Assembly (NCBI GenBank): GCA_964247055.1 | Contig: OZ176054.1 | Location: 11,408,001-11,472,000, forward strand | DNA length: 64,000 nt | DNA from: Paragordius varius | Lineage: Eukaryota; Animalia; Nematomorpha | Reading direction: 5' to 3' | Part shown: piece after piece, positions 53,432 through 64,000 of the stretch | Layout: the number at the start of each line of letters is the position of its first letter | How positions within the stretch are numbered: position 1 is the first letter of the stretch | Notes under the pieces: generated by a model | What the model saw: the letters and a program-made list of their open reading frames with translations, nothing else | Database searches by the model: none | What the model was told of the DNA's origin: nothing | Position numbers and translations under genes: made by a program

Positions 53432-56380
53432 CAGGGGAGTCCAACACAAATGGCTTGAAGAGCCACCTTTTTGACCTCAAAATTCCAAAAAGCCGCTTTT
53501 TATTTATATATATCAAGAAATTGGTAACAAATAAATTTATTATATCATATAGATGTGCTAATTTTCATATCAAAAATAAACAGTATAAATATAATAATGC
53601 TTTGCTAATTAAAATATCAATGTGTAAAAAAAGATAAAAATACATTATGGTAAACTTGTTGCAATTCGATAGTATGGCTAGAGTAGACTGTGGCGAATTT
53701 GATCGCCACAATGTAACCTAATTTATTGAGACAGCGAGTTTATCATGAGGTGCGTACATGAAATTATAAAATGTGTGTTAAGTATTTCGCGTGATGCAAA
53801 ATCACGATGAATCAAGCAATGGACCTGACTTAAAAGAAAGTACATAAAAGCACATATATTAGCATCCTTAATTTATAATCTCTACAAAAAAATGTTACCT
53901 TCTTGAAGGGAGATGATAATCATGCAATTTAAAATGTATTGAGTTAAATATGAGCGTGTCTTGTTTGATAACGATTGGTGCCCATCCACGATGGGAAAAA
54001 ACAAGGGTGAGATGGAAAGCGATGCCATAAATTTGATCAAATATAAATAATGCATTGACACCGTAAAAATCTCTGTGCACATGATTGTTGTCTAGGAAAA
54101 TTAATAAAGTGTTTTATCTAATAAAAATAAAAGAAATACATATTTTTTATTGCATAATTAAATTTTTAATGGGATATTTGTATGTAATTTTTTTGCATAA
54201 TTTATTCAGTCTATATCAATAATACAGCACATCTCAATTTATTCTCCAAGTTTTCTTCAGTTAATAAAGAACGTGAAAGAGATTTTGTGTATTTCATTTT
54301 AGAAAAAAAACTTTCACAAAGATAAGTGGACCCAAAAGCACAAATTAATATTTGTGCAAAAATTCTTAAATTAGGAAATTTATCAAATGTTATATTTTAA
54401 TAAAATTCAATTTTATTTGTTTGCCCAAATAATAATTTTAATTCATTATTGGATTGCAAATCTAGTAATTCCATTTGTGAATTAATAGGAGCGTTGATAG
54501 CTTCAACGTAGAATGGACAACAAAATAAATCAAATATTTTTTCACACATCCCCGTATCGATTATTAATTCGATAATGTTAATTTGATCTGAATATTTTGA
54601 AAAATCGTTGGTTTTACCAGCTTTAAATTTATTCAATTCTGGAAAATGTTCAGCTAACGACAATTTTTACAAAACGCTTTAATATGGTTATTCGCATCAA
54701 CAATTAAATTATCTTGCTTTTGCAAGGTTTCATTTAATTGAGTTAGTTTTTTGGTAGTATCTATGGAAAATCACAAATCTGACAACCAATTTTCATTGGT
54801 TAATTCCTCTACCAAATAATTATTCTGCAATAGAAAAATATTTATTCCTTTTAATAAATAATTAAACTTTTTTAGACATTTCCCTCGACTAAGCCACTTT
54901 ACATCTGAAAAAATAAAAGATCTCCATATTCTGAATGAATTTCTTTTAATAGCTCCTTAAACTCCTATGCTTCAAAGCATGAGATTTTATAAAATTAACT
55001 ACTTTAATAACAACGGTCATAACATTGTCCATTGTCAGAGCATGTGCGCAGAGATTTTCACGGTGAATCATGCAATAAATTATAAATATATGGTCAATAT
55101 TAATACCATCGGATTCCATCTTATTAACAATAATTTCACGGTTCCCTTGTTTTTTCCCATCATAGCTGGGGCACCATCTGTTGTCAAACGAGATAGCGCC
55201 CTTATATTTAATTTATTGTCCTCAATACATTTTAAAATTGCATGAAACATATAATCTCCCTTAGTTGTATTTTTCATCGGAAGTAAGCCTAACATATCTT
55301 CTGTTATATAAAAAAATTCATCTATCCCTCGAATAAAGACTACCAATTGTGATAAGTTGCTTATATCTGTGGTTTCATCAAATGACAAGGAAAACGCCAC
55401 AAAATTTTGAATTCTTTCTTTTAGGGAAAGTTGAATTTCTTCTGCGATGTCTGTAATTCTTCGACACATAGTATTGTGCGAAAGACTTATACTCGATATT
55501 AATTCAACTTTATTAGGCAAACCACATTTTATAATTTCCAGTACGCATTCCTTTACAAACTCACCATCAGAAAAAGGCTTCATTTTTTGGCGAGTAAATT
55601 GGCAACAATATAACTTTCCTCTACTATCGGATAAGGTTGCGTAAATGAAATAGCTGGTTGGAGATTATTAATATTTTTTAAAGATTATAATTTTATTATT
55701 TTCAATTCTGTAGTCTTAATAAAATCCAAATGCATGGTATTGGCATGTCTTTTAAATTATATTAGCGAAACAGGTTTGTCGTAAATTTGCAAATAAGGCA
55801 CTTCGCTTTGTTGAAAATTTGAGTAAACCCATATTTTAATTCCCAATCGGGATTGTATTTTCTAGTTACTTTTTTAGATTTATGCATATTGAAAGCTAAA
55901 TAAATTATTTTAAATACCTATTTTTTGCAAGTAATTTAATTTTTCAATGGACCTTAATTATAATTTTCAGTATTGGTATGAAAGCTAAATAAATTATTTT
56001 AAATACCTATTTTTTGCAAGTATTTCAATGTTTCAATGGACTTAAATTATAATTCCCAGTATTGGTATGAAAGCTAAATAAATTATTTTAAATATCTATT
56101 TTTTGCAAGTATTTCAATGTTTTAATGGACTCAAATTATAATTCTCAGTATTGGTATGAAAGCTAAATAAATTATTTTAAATACCTATTTGCAAGTATAT
56201 GTTTTAATTTAATGTGAAAGCTTGAAGTTGGAAATAACATGCAAGAAAAAATGTGTTTTATAAGATTAAATGAATGCGATGATAGATATTTATAAAAGAA
56301 TTTTATTAAAAGTTTCTAAAAATAATTTAAATGTCAAAATAAAAATGCATAATTTACATATAAAAATCCACGCGGTGTTG
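53432..56380 (-). mobile_element. hAT Charlie/SPIN (GTF2IRD2-like) transposon remnant nested in the larger hAT
   Basis: One end is CAGGGGAGTCCAAC at 53432. The minus ORF reads KPFSDGEFVKEC...LSHNTMCRRI...FSLSFDETTDISNLSQLVVFIRG...TTDGAPAMMG, followed by LHCIIHRENLCA and LDLQSNNELK remnants. The other end was not identified. Confidence 0.8.
55890..56200 (+). repeat. ~90-bp tandem repeat, ~3.4 copies, in the Charlie 5' region
   Basis: gaaagctaaataaattattttaaata(c/t)ctatttt..gcaagta starts at ~55891, 55980, 56069 and 56159. Confidence 0.85.
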
Positions 56381-56389
56381 GTCGGATCA

Positions 56390-59300
56390 CCTTTGGTGAA
56401 CAAACAGCAGAGGCCAGTTTTGGATGTTCTGCAAAAACATCTACTCCGTAAGGAGTTTTTTCACAAGGGCATGTGAAAAGTAAAAACCTCGCCTCAACCT
56501 ATACACCATGGACACGTCTTATTCAAAAACTGCTAACTCTCTAACGAAACGATAATAATAATTGATATTACATTTTTAATAACTTCTACCTACTAACATA
56601 ACAATAATATATTTATATTTTATTTATTTTTCTAACTAATAACATTATATACTAATCATTACAAAATCCTCCTACCAATTAATTTAATAGTTCTTACTTC
56701 ATCATAACGATTCCAATAACGAAAAATTATAATAATAAACTGATATAACAATTATAAAAACACGACACCTGATAAATAATATCAACACATTTAAATTTGC
56801 TACCTGGAACATCGGTACTTTAAATGGAAAACTACACATGATAATTGATTCTCTCGAATCTAAGAATGTTGACATCTGCTGCTTACACGAAACCAGATTA
56901 AAAGGAGATAACTTAATTACCACGAACAATTACACACTTTACTATCAAGGACAAGAAAATGGTCAGGCTGGTGTAGCGATGGCGATTAAAAATTGTCTTC
57001 GCGAAAACGTTATCCAAGTAACGAGACACAATGAAAGAATTATACAGCTTGAGATTGTTCACGATGACTACCCTAAATATAATATCGATATACGCGCAAC
57101 AACCAGTTTGAAAAGACGAAATTAAACAACAATTTTGGACGGAACTCCAAGGTCTAACAAATATAATACCAGGCAAGGAATCCATCTTCTTAGGAGGTGA
57201 CTTTAATAGTCACATTAGTAATAATGAACACGATTTCAGGGAAGTCCATGGCGGAAACGGCTATGGCTGTACTGACAAGATGGGAGACCAGATGTTAGAA
57301 TATGCCAAGCAAACCAACTAATCATAGCCAACACCCTTCACAAAAAACCACAATCAACTTACCACTTTTCAAACAGCAAACTCTTCTACCATGATAGATT
57401 AAATCCTTTTGCCTAAAATAAAACGGCCACTATTAGTTAACATTAAAACTCACCCAACAAGTTCTACACAACACAAAATAGTGATTGCAGTCTTGAAAAA
57501 ACTAAAAAATAAACCCAATACCAAAGACCAGCCAAAATTAACCACAATAAACTACAGAATCAAACAATCAGGAACAAATACATTAACCAGGCATCCGAAA
57601 AGCTCCAGAAAAACAGCGAATCCATTGGTTCAAGATGGGATAACCTAAAAACAATAGTTAAAACAGCAGATAATATTTGTGGGGGATGCAAACCATAGTG
57701 GTGGAAAAAGGAATTAAAAGAGGTTACTAAAGAAAAAAACGACGCCTTCAAAGCATGGAAAAGGGATAGCAATGATAAAAACAGACAAACATATCTGATC
57801 GCAAAACACAAAGCGCAGAAAGAAATTAGAAAAACTATAAATGAAAATTGCCTAAAACTGGCCACAAAACTAGAGGACCAGATTAAAAATAAAAAAATCT
57901 TTAAATACATAAAGAATATAAACTCAAACAAACAAGATATCATTAAAACCAAATGTATAAAAAACAATATCAATGAAATAATCTCTAACCAAGAAAGTGT
58001 AATAAAGATATGGAAAGAAAGCTTGGAAGAATCAATAAACCAATCCAACAATTTAAAAATCACTCCAACACTAAAACCACCCACAAGCGGACCCATCCAC
58101 GAAATCACAGAAAACGAAGTATTAAAAGCAATACAAAAAATGAAGCCAAACAAGTCGTCAGGTGCAAGCGAACTATCAATCGATCTGCTTAAACCAATAC
58201 CATGCTTAACATCCTACCTTACAATTTTTTTAATGAAATTCTTGCAAAACGTGAAATTCCCCATGACTGGAATAAAAGTATAACGAACCCTATATATAAA
58301 AATAAGGGGGATCGTCTCGTCTGCTCCTCATACCGCCCCTTAAAACTTTTAGAACACACTTTCAAAATATTTGAAAGCATCATTGACAACCGCCTTAGAC
58401 AAACCATTACAATAACAAATAATCAGTTTGCATTTCGTGAACACAGCACTACAGATGCCATCTTCATTATCAGGCAACTACAGAAAATACCTTTCAAAAA
58501 ATCAAAAAATTTTCCACATATTTCTAGACCTGGAGAAAGCTTTTGATAATATCCCTAGGGCAACAATCAAATGGGCCCTAAGACAAAATTACATCGAAGA
58601 ATATTTAATAGAACTAATATTACTTCTTTATGAAAATACAACTACAATGGTACGCACGCAAATAGGAGACACGGAACCTTTCAAGACAAACACTGGCCTA
58701 CACCAAGGGTCTGTACTTAGTCCATTACTATTCATAATAATATTAGACTGTATTACAAAAAACATATCTACCCAACCACCCTAGGAGTTAATATTCGCGG
58801 ATGACATTGTTCTAACAGATATTTCAATTGAAATATCTTAAATAAATTCAGAACATGGAAAATTCTAGAGAACCATGGGCTGAAAATAAATATTAATAAA
58901 ACAAAAATAATGATATCAGGAGATCGTACGCAGCGCCCCAAATATCCATGCGCTATCTGCGACAAAGAAGTCAAAACAAATTCAATAAAATGCAACAAAT
59001 GCAAATTCTGGGTTCACTAAAAATGCTCCAAAATCACCGGCAAACTAAACGAACAAATAAACTTTAAATGTAACAACTGTAAAAACAATAATCCAACTCA
59101 AACACGCTCGACATATATGACAATCGACGAAAACCCAATAGAAAAAGTAGACCAGTTTACATACCTAGGAGACGTCATAGACTCTAAAGGCGATATAACT
59201 GGAGCAATAAGGAAACGAATTTAACAAGCATGGGGTAAAGTTAACTTTCTAAAATTTGTCCTTAAAAATAAAAATGTATGTAACAATAATAAATGGCTAA

Positions 59301-59712
59301 TATACAAAGCAGGAGTCAGGCCAGCTCTTACTTACGCCACCGAAACATGGCCCCTAAATAAAACAAATCTTGTCAAAATGATAAATACGGAAAACAAAAT
59401 AATTAAAGCTTGCTGTTCTGTCTACAATATTCATCTTAAACACAAAAATGACACAGTAGAAAAGTTTATACAAAGAAGCAGGCTTAAATACTTGGGTCAC
59501 ATTGAAAGAAGACAAACCGACCATCCACTCCAAACCATTAAGCACAAACAACCTTTTGGAAACAACCGCAAAGGGCGCCCAACACATATCTGGAGCGACA
59601 ACATTAAAAATGACATAAAAATACTAAACCTCGACATTACTAAATGCCTAGATAAGGACCTTTGGAATAAGACCGTTCATGGAAACCTTCAAACATGAAG
59701 TCAAAAAGCCAT
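56390..59712 (+). mobile_element. Near full-length RTE-clade LINE with a PHD-like Cys-rich insert, frameshifted
   Basis: FATWNIGTLNGK..DICCLHETR (APE), LLGGDFNSH, YRPLKLLEHTFKIFE, FLDLEKAFD, GLHQGSVLSPLLF, IFADDIVL, CAIC..CNKC..WVH*KC..CNNC, RLKYLGHIERR. The 3' tail is tcaagtatcaagt. Confidence 0.88.
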
Positions 59713-60650
59713 CAAGTATCAAGTTGAAAATTTATAAATTACTTAAAGTTTGCTGTCAACTATCTATACTCATATACTTATTTTTTACACTTTTTTAAAT
59801 AAAGTTGTTTATTAGTTAGCAACTTATAATAAAGCCGCTTATTGAAATAGTGAAAAAAAATGTATTTTTTCGCTTTTTCTTACTTTAATCAATAATAATT
59901 CTCCCTATTCTTTGGCAGTATACTTATCAGGCAATCATTACTTACATACCTGTAAATAAAAATATATAACTTTGCCCGCTCCCGCAAGGGACCCAAATTC
60001 GATATAACTAATAAAAAGGGCCCCTGTGTTGTTCGCCCCCCCCCCCCCCCAAACTGCTCCCCCTAGTTCCCCGTTTCGCCACTGGTTTCTATATAGAATT
60101 GAAATTATATGCTTAGAAAATTAAATGCGTAAAACCAAGCATAAATAGATGATTATCCTCTCAATTAACTGTCGGATTTATGGGGCCCCAAACGGCTTTT
60201 TTTCTATTGTGCTATTTATGGTATTGGTAACCTTATAAAAAAAATAAACGAAAGTCCTCATATGTAAAAAAATCCGTAATTGTAAAAATGAAATTTTAAA
60301 ATATTGAATATTAAAATGAAATATTATATTTTTCTATATACTGATTATAAATATTAAAATAGGTATTTATTCGTAATAAATTAATTATTATTTGGCTAAA
60401 TAATGATCTTTATAGTATATATTGGTGTCGATTTTTGGCCTTTTTATAGCGGTATTTTGGCCAATTTGTTCAATTCTACTAGTAAAAGCTAGGGCGAGAT
60501 CTTAGGCGGTCTCGTGCATTGCAGGCTCCATCCTGCCTTATATAACGACCGGGTCATTGGATTTCTCTACTCTATCTATATGTCATCCCAAGTTAGATTT
60601 AGTCATAGGAACAAAGTATGAGGATGATGGTGTCCCGGGTTTAATTTTAT

Positions 60651-60688
<38 letters not shown>

Positions 60689-60829
60689 AGCAAGAAATTG
60701 ATACACTAAAACTATATCATTGCATTGAGTAATCTGACATTTGCAATGCCTAAAGATATGCGAGCATATGTAACAAAAGCTCTGAATTGTTTGAAAAAAT
60801 GGTAAGCAATATACATGGCTGGACAAATC

Positions 60830-61400
60830 AACTTTGGATATATCCAATATTAGGCAACTTGAGCAGTGCGGTTTTGATCAGGCGCATATCATTGAAGAAT
60901 TCGTAGATTTTAAAAATGATTCCACGGAGGCTATATTCAAGGAGAATCGTAGAGAAGAAAGATATGGCGAGTTTTGGCAGGATGTGCCAAATAAATATAA
61001 AAATATAAAAAAATCTCAAGTTATTCTAACTGTTTTTTCCTCAACTTACACGTGTGAAACGGCATATTCAAAAAAGAAGACATACAGAAATAGCTTAACC
61101 GATGATCATATGGACGACGTATTAAGATTGGCCTATGAGGCGAAACCAAATTTGGAAAATTATTGGTTAATATTATAATAAATGTTGTTATCATAATATT
61201 TTAATTTTTTAAACTAAATGGTGCAAAACGAGTTTTTAGCTGGATTTACATGCGATCCCAAAAAATTCATTGTGCTGATTTTGATATAAATATGTGCATA
61301 TGTGTCGAATAGCTATGGATTTGCCATTATAAGGTTCATGGCCCTCAAAAAAAATATGTATTTTATTTGGCCCGTCAAATTTTTTTGATGAGTACCACTG
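60830..61400 (+). mobile_element. 3' part of the Charlie-like element duplicated with block A
   Basis: Matches 15796-16361 and ends TGAGTACCACTG followed by ctttaagg; the flank beyond the TIR is also shared with 16362 onward. Confidence 0.85.
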
Positions 61401-62060
61401 CTTTAAGGTATAAATAAAACACCTTTTGCTATATATTATCTCGGAATTATATAATATTCGTTTGTATCATCATATTTAATATAAACTAATTTTTTTTATA
61501 AACTACCAAATTTTAAAGAAAATAGCCCTTTAAAAATGCAATGATAGTAGAAAAGCATCCCTCCAATTATATAGAAAAAATGTTTATAATATCTTATGGT
61601 CATTAATTTGTTATAAATAAAATTTTCGATTAATATCCATATTTCGGAAACAACTTTTTATGTAAATTTTGGCATATATTTATAATTATTGCGGAATCTC
61701 GGCCCTTTTACCTTTATATGAAGAGAACAGGTTGTTTGCGGACGTGTCCAAGTTGCTAATTTTGAAGCTTACAACTTTAAATTTTCAAAAAATATTGTTT
61801 GCTTTTAATATGAAGGAGATATTTTTGGTAATGAGATATTTAGATTTCACTAAAAAATTTCTAATTCAAAATTAAATATTTGGGCAAATTTTGCCATTTC
61901 CTGATACGGTGCAGTTACCAGTTAAATAACTTTCTTAAATCACTCTTAAGGAAAATGATAATCCTGAGACATGGGCCTATCAGGAGATATATATTTTGTC
62001 TTTTGATAATTTTCAGTATGAGTTAGTAAACAATGCTTTATCATATTAATTGGGATATAG

Positions 62061-64000
62061 CAGTGGTACTCAAACCGCGGCCCGCGGGCCGGAGGCGGCC
62101 CTAAGAGTGCTTTAAAATTGCCCTATGACCATATTGTTACTTACATTTTTTTTATTGATAAATTTTTAAAAAGCACATAAACGAATTTTCGCTTATTTTA
62201 ATATTATTTTTTTTCTTTAGATTTAATTTTGGACCCAATTTGAAATGTAAAAAAATTTCCCTACATTAAAATGATTTTAAAATTTTGGCCCACGATGTTT
62301 CTGTTTCTGTATTCTATTTTTTTGTCTTTTTTGAAATTTTTATTGCGTTCCTTTTTTGTATATAAGCAAGCCTTTCACCCAAACTTGCATATACACACTC
62401 TTTTCATTGCTCTCCTGCATCATTTTTTTAACTCATTTCCATAAAATATTTTTCTAATCAACATCATTAAATTTCGACCTGTTTTTTTTATAGCATAATT
62501 CAAACTATATTCCTATTTTGAAAAAAATTACATAATATTTAAACATAAATTCAAAGGATGACATCTAATGCTAAAAAACGTAAATTATCCAATTATAATC
62601 GCTTTTTAAAAATTATGGGACGAAAAATAAATTTGTTACTTGCCTTATATGTAAGTACAACATAATTATTAAAAAATACAATATTGAAAGACATTGTACA
62701 ATCCATCATTTTCATAAATTAACAATCATGAGGAAAGAAACGAAAAATATAAAAAGATTAAGGAATTATACCAAAAAAATCTATTATGTCCATAGCTTCC
62801 CAATAAAAGCATCTGAAATTTGCTATATTTTAGGAAAAATATGAACCGTTTACTGATTCCCAACTAATAAGAAATTGTTTAATAAATGGTTGCACTTTTT
62901 TATTTGATAAATTCCAGAATAAAGATCAAATCATGAGGCAAATTGAAAAACTTCCACTTTCTGATTCAATATGTGCTCGACGCATTGAAAATATGACTAA
63001 ATACCTTTTTAACAATACATTATTGGCTCTGAAAAACTGCAAATATTTTAGTATTGCTATTGATTCTAGTACTGATAGTTCAACACCATGTAGGATCTTC
63101 GTGAGATTTTGCAACGACAACATAATCAACGAGGAATATTTAAAATTTTTACCAATTAATAATGCCACAAAAGAAAGTGAGTCTTGAAATTATTAGCACT
63201 TTTTTCGATGATATGGTATATCTATCAAAAAATTGGTTTCTATCTGCACAGATGGCTGTCTCTCTATGATTGGAATAAACAAAAAAATAATCCTTTCACT
63301 GCTTTGTTCATCATCAAAACTTGGTTTCGCGTATAAAAGTAGTATCACTCAATTGAGTAATTAAAACAGTTTTGGATATATTTAACCACATCCGTGGCAG
63401 AAAATTCAACCGCCGTATTAAAAACCATCTGATATCCACAGTGAGTTTGATGATATTCTTTTGTACTCCGCTGTGCGATGGATAAGCCTTAAAGTATTAA
63501 ATGAATTTTTTGTTTAAAGGGATGAAATTCTATTAATAAAAGATACCAGAAAGTTTGACGAGGAAATCAATAGTAACAAATGGTGGGTTTTATTAGCCCA
63601 CCTTTGCGACATTACTAATAAACTTAGTTTTTTCAATTCAAGTCGTCAAGGGAGCTAATAACCCAATTTAGTAATAAAATATTTTCTTTTGAAGAAAAAT
63701 TAATAATATGTAAACAAGATTTTATAAATTAAACACTATACTTTTCAACACAATACGATTTATAAAGAAAATATGGAATTTAACGCCGAATGAATTTAAC
63801 AATAGATAATCATTTAACATTTTTATCTAATGAGATGAAATTCAGATTTCAAAAATTAAGGATTATTAAAAATTGCTTAAAACTCGTCGAAAATCCATGG
63901 CATATGGATATATCCAATAATAAACATGATCATTTCAGTTCTGATCAGGCGCATATCATTGAGGAATTCGTAGATTTTATAAATGATTCCAATTCGGAGG
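62061..64000 (+). mobile_element. Longer copy of the same Charlie/Buster-like hAT family (runs off the window), degraded transposase
   Basis: Starts CAGTGGTACTCAAACCGCGGCCCGCGGGCC and is colinear with 14803-15560. It retains internal sequence missing there (IEKLPLSDSICARRIEN..YFSIAIDSSTD; SICTDGC). Confidence 0.85.

Larger units (their letters stand above)
49475..60084 (-). mobile_element. hAT DNA transposon (ZMYM1/Tip100-like transposase remnant) swollen to 10.6 kb by nested insertions
   Basis: TIRs CAGTGGCG.../...CGCCACTG with 8-bp TSD gtttctgt (49467-49474) / gtttctat (60085-60092). The empty site is visible at 11888-11895. A C-terminal dimerisation motif FPVTVATAERSFSKL*IINYIRSTMAEKRLSNL lies on the minus strand at ~49830-49960. 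Confidence 0.9.
46540..62000 (+). repeat. Segmental duplication block A, copy interrupted by a 10.6-kb hAT insertion and lacking ~3.2 kb (equivalent to 12620-15790)
   Basis: 46540-49474 matches 8650-11895, 60085-60829 matches 11888-12619, and 60830-62000 matches ~15790-16980. Confidence 0.85.

Noticed and set aside
56390-56520. HDV-like or twister ribozyme in the 5' UTR of the plus-strand RTE
   Set aside because: Hairpins are present (actcc/ggagt, tttcaca/tgtgaaa), but I could not fit the HDV double pseudoknot or the twister consensus by eye.

Overview
Very AT-rich eukaryotic (most likely animal/invertebrate) nuclear DNA with GT-AG spliceosomal introns; nothing supports a prokaryotic origin. 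The first 8 kb hold two conserved genes in convergent orientation: the 3' part of an SLC26A11-like anion transporter (+, 10 exons, 727-4747) and a complete NUBP2 (-, 6 exons, 7985-6486) with introns of only 25, 28 and 28 nt. The rest (about 8.6-62 kb) is a decaying tandem array of a large cassette: [~150-bp tandem array]-[intronless divergent 7TM/GPCR-like gene, +]-[unknown single-pass membrane-protein gene with micro-introns, -]. It holds three GPCR-like copies and two long plus one partial copy of the second gene. The array is heavily interrupted by transposons: three RTE LINEs, a degraded LINE, a Ty3/Gypsy remnant, several hAT/Charlie elements (including a 10.6-kb nested hAT with an 8-bp TSD), foldback MITEs and TTAA-flanked MITEs. 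One small insertion carries a canonical minimal type I hammerhead ribozyme (-, 9751-9794) of the kind known from Penelope-like elements. All alignments and exon models were made by eye; boundaries of degraded repeats are approximate.
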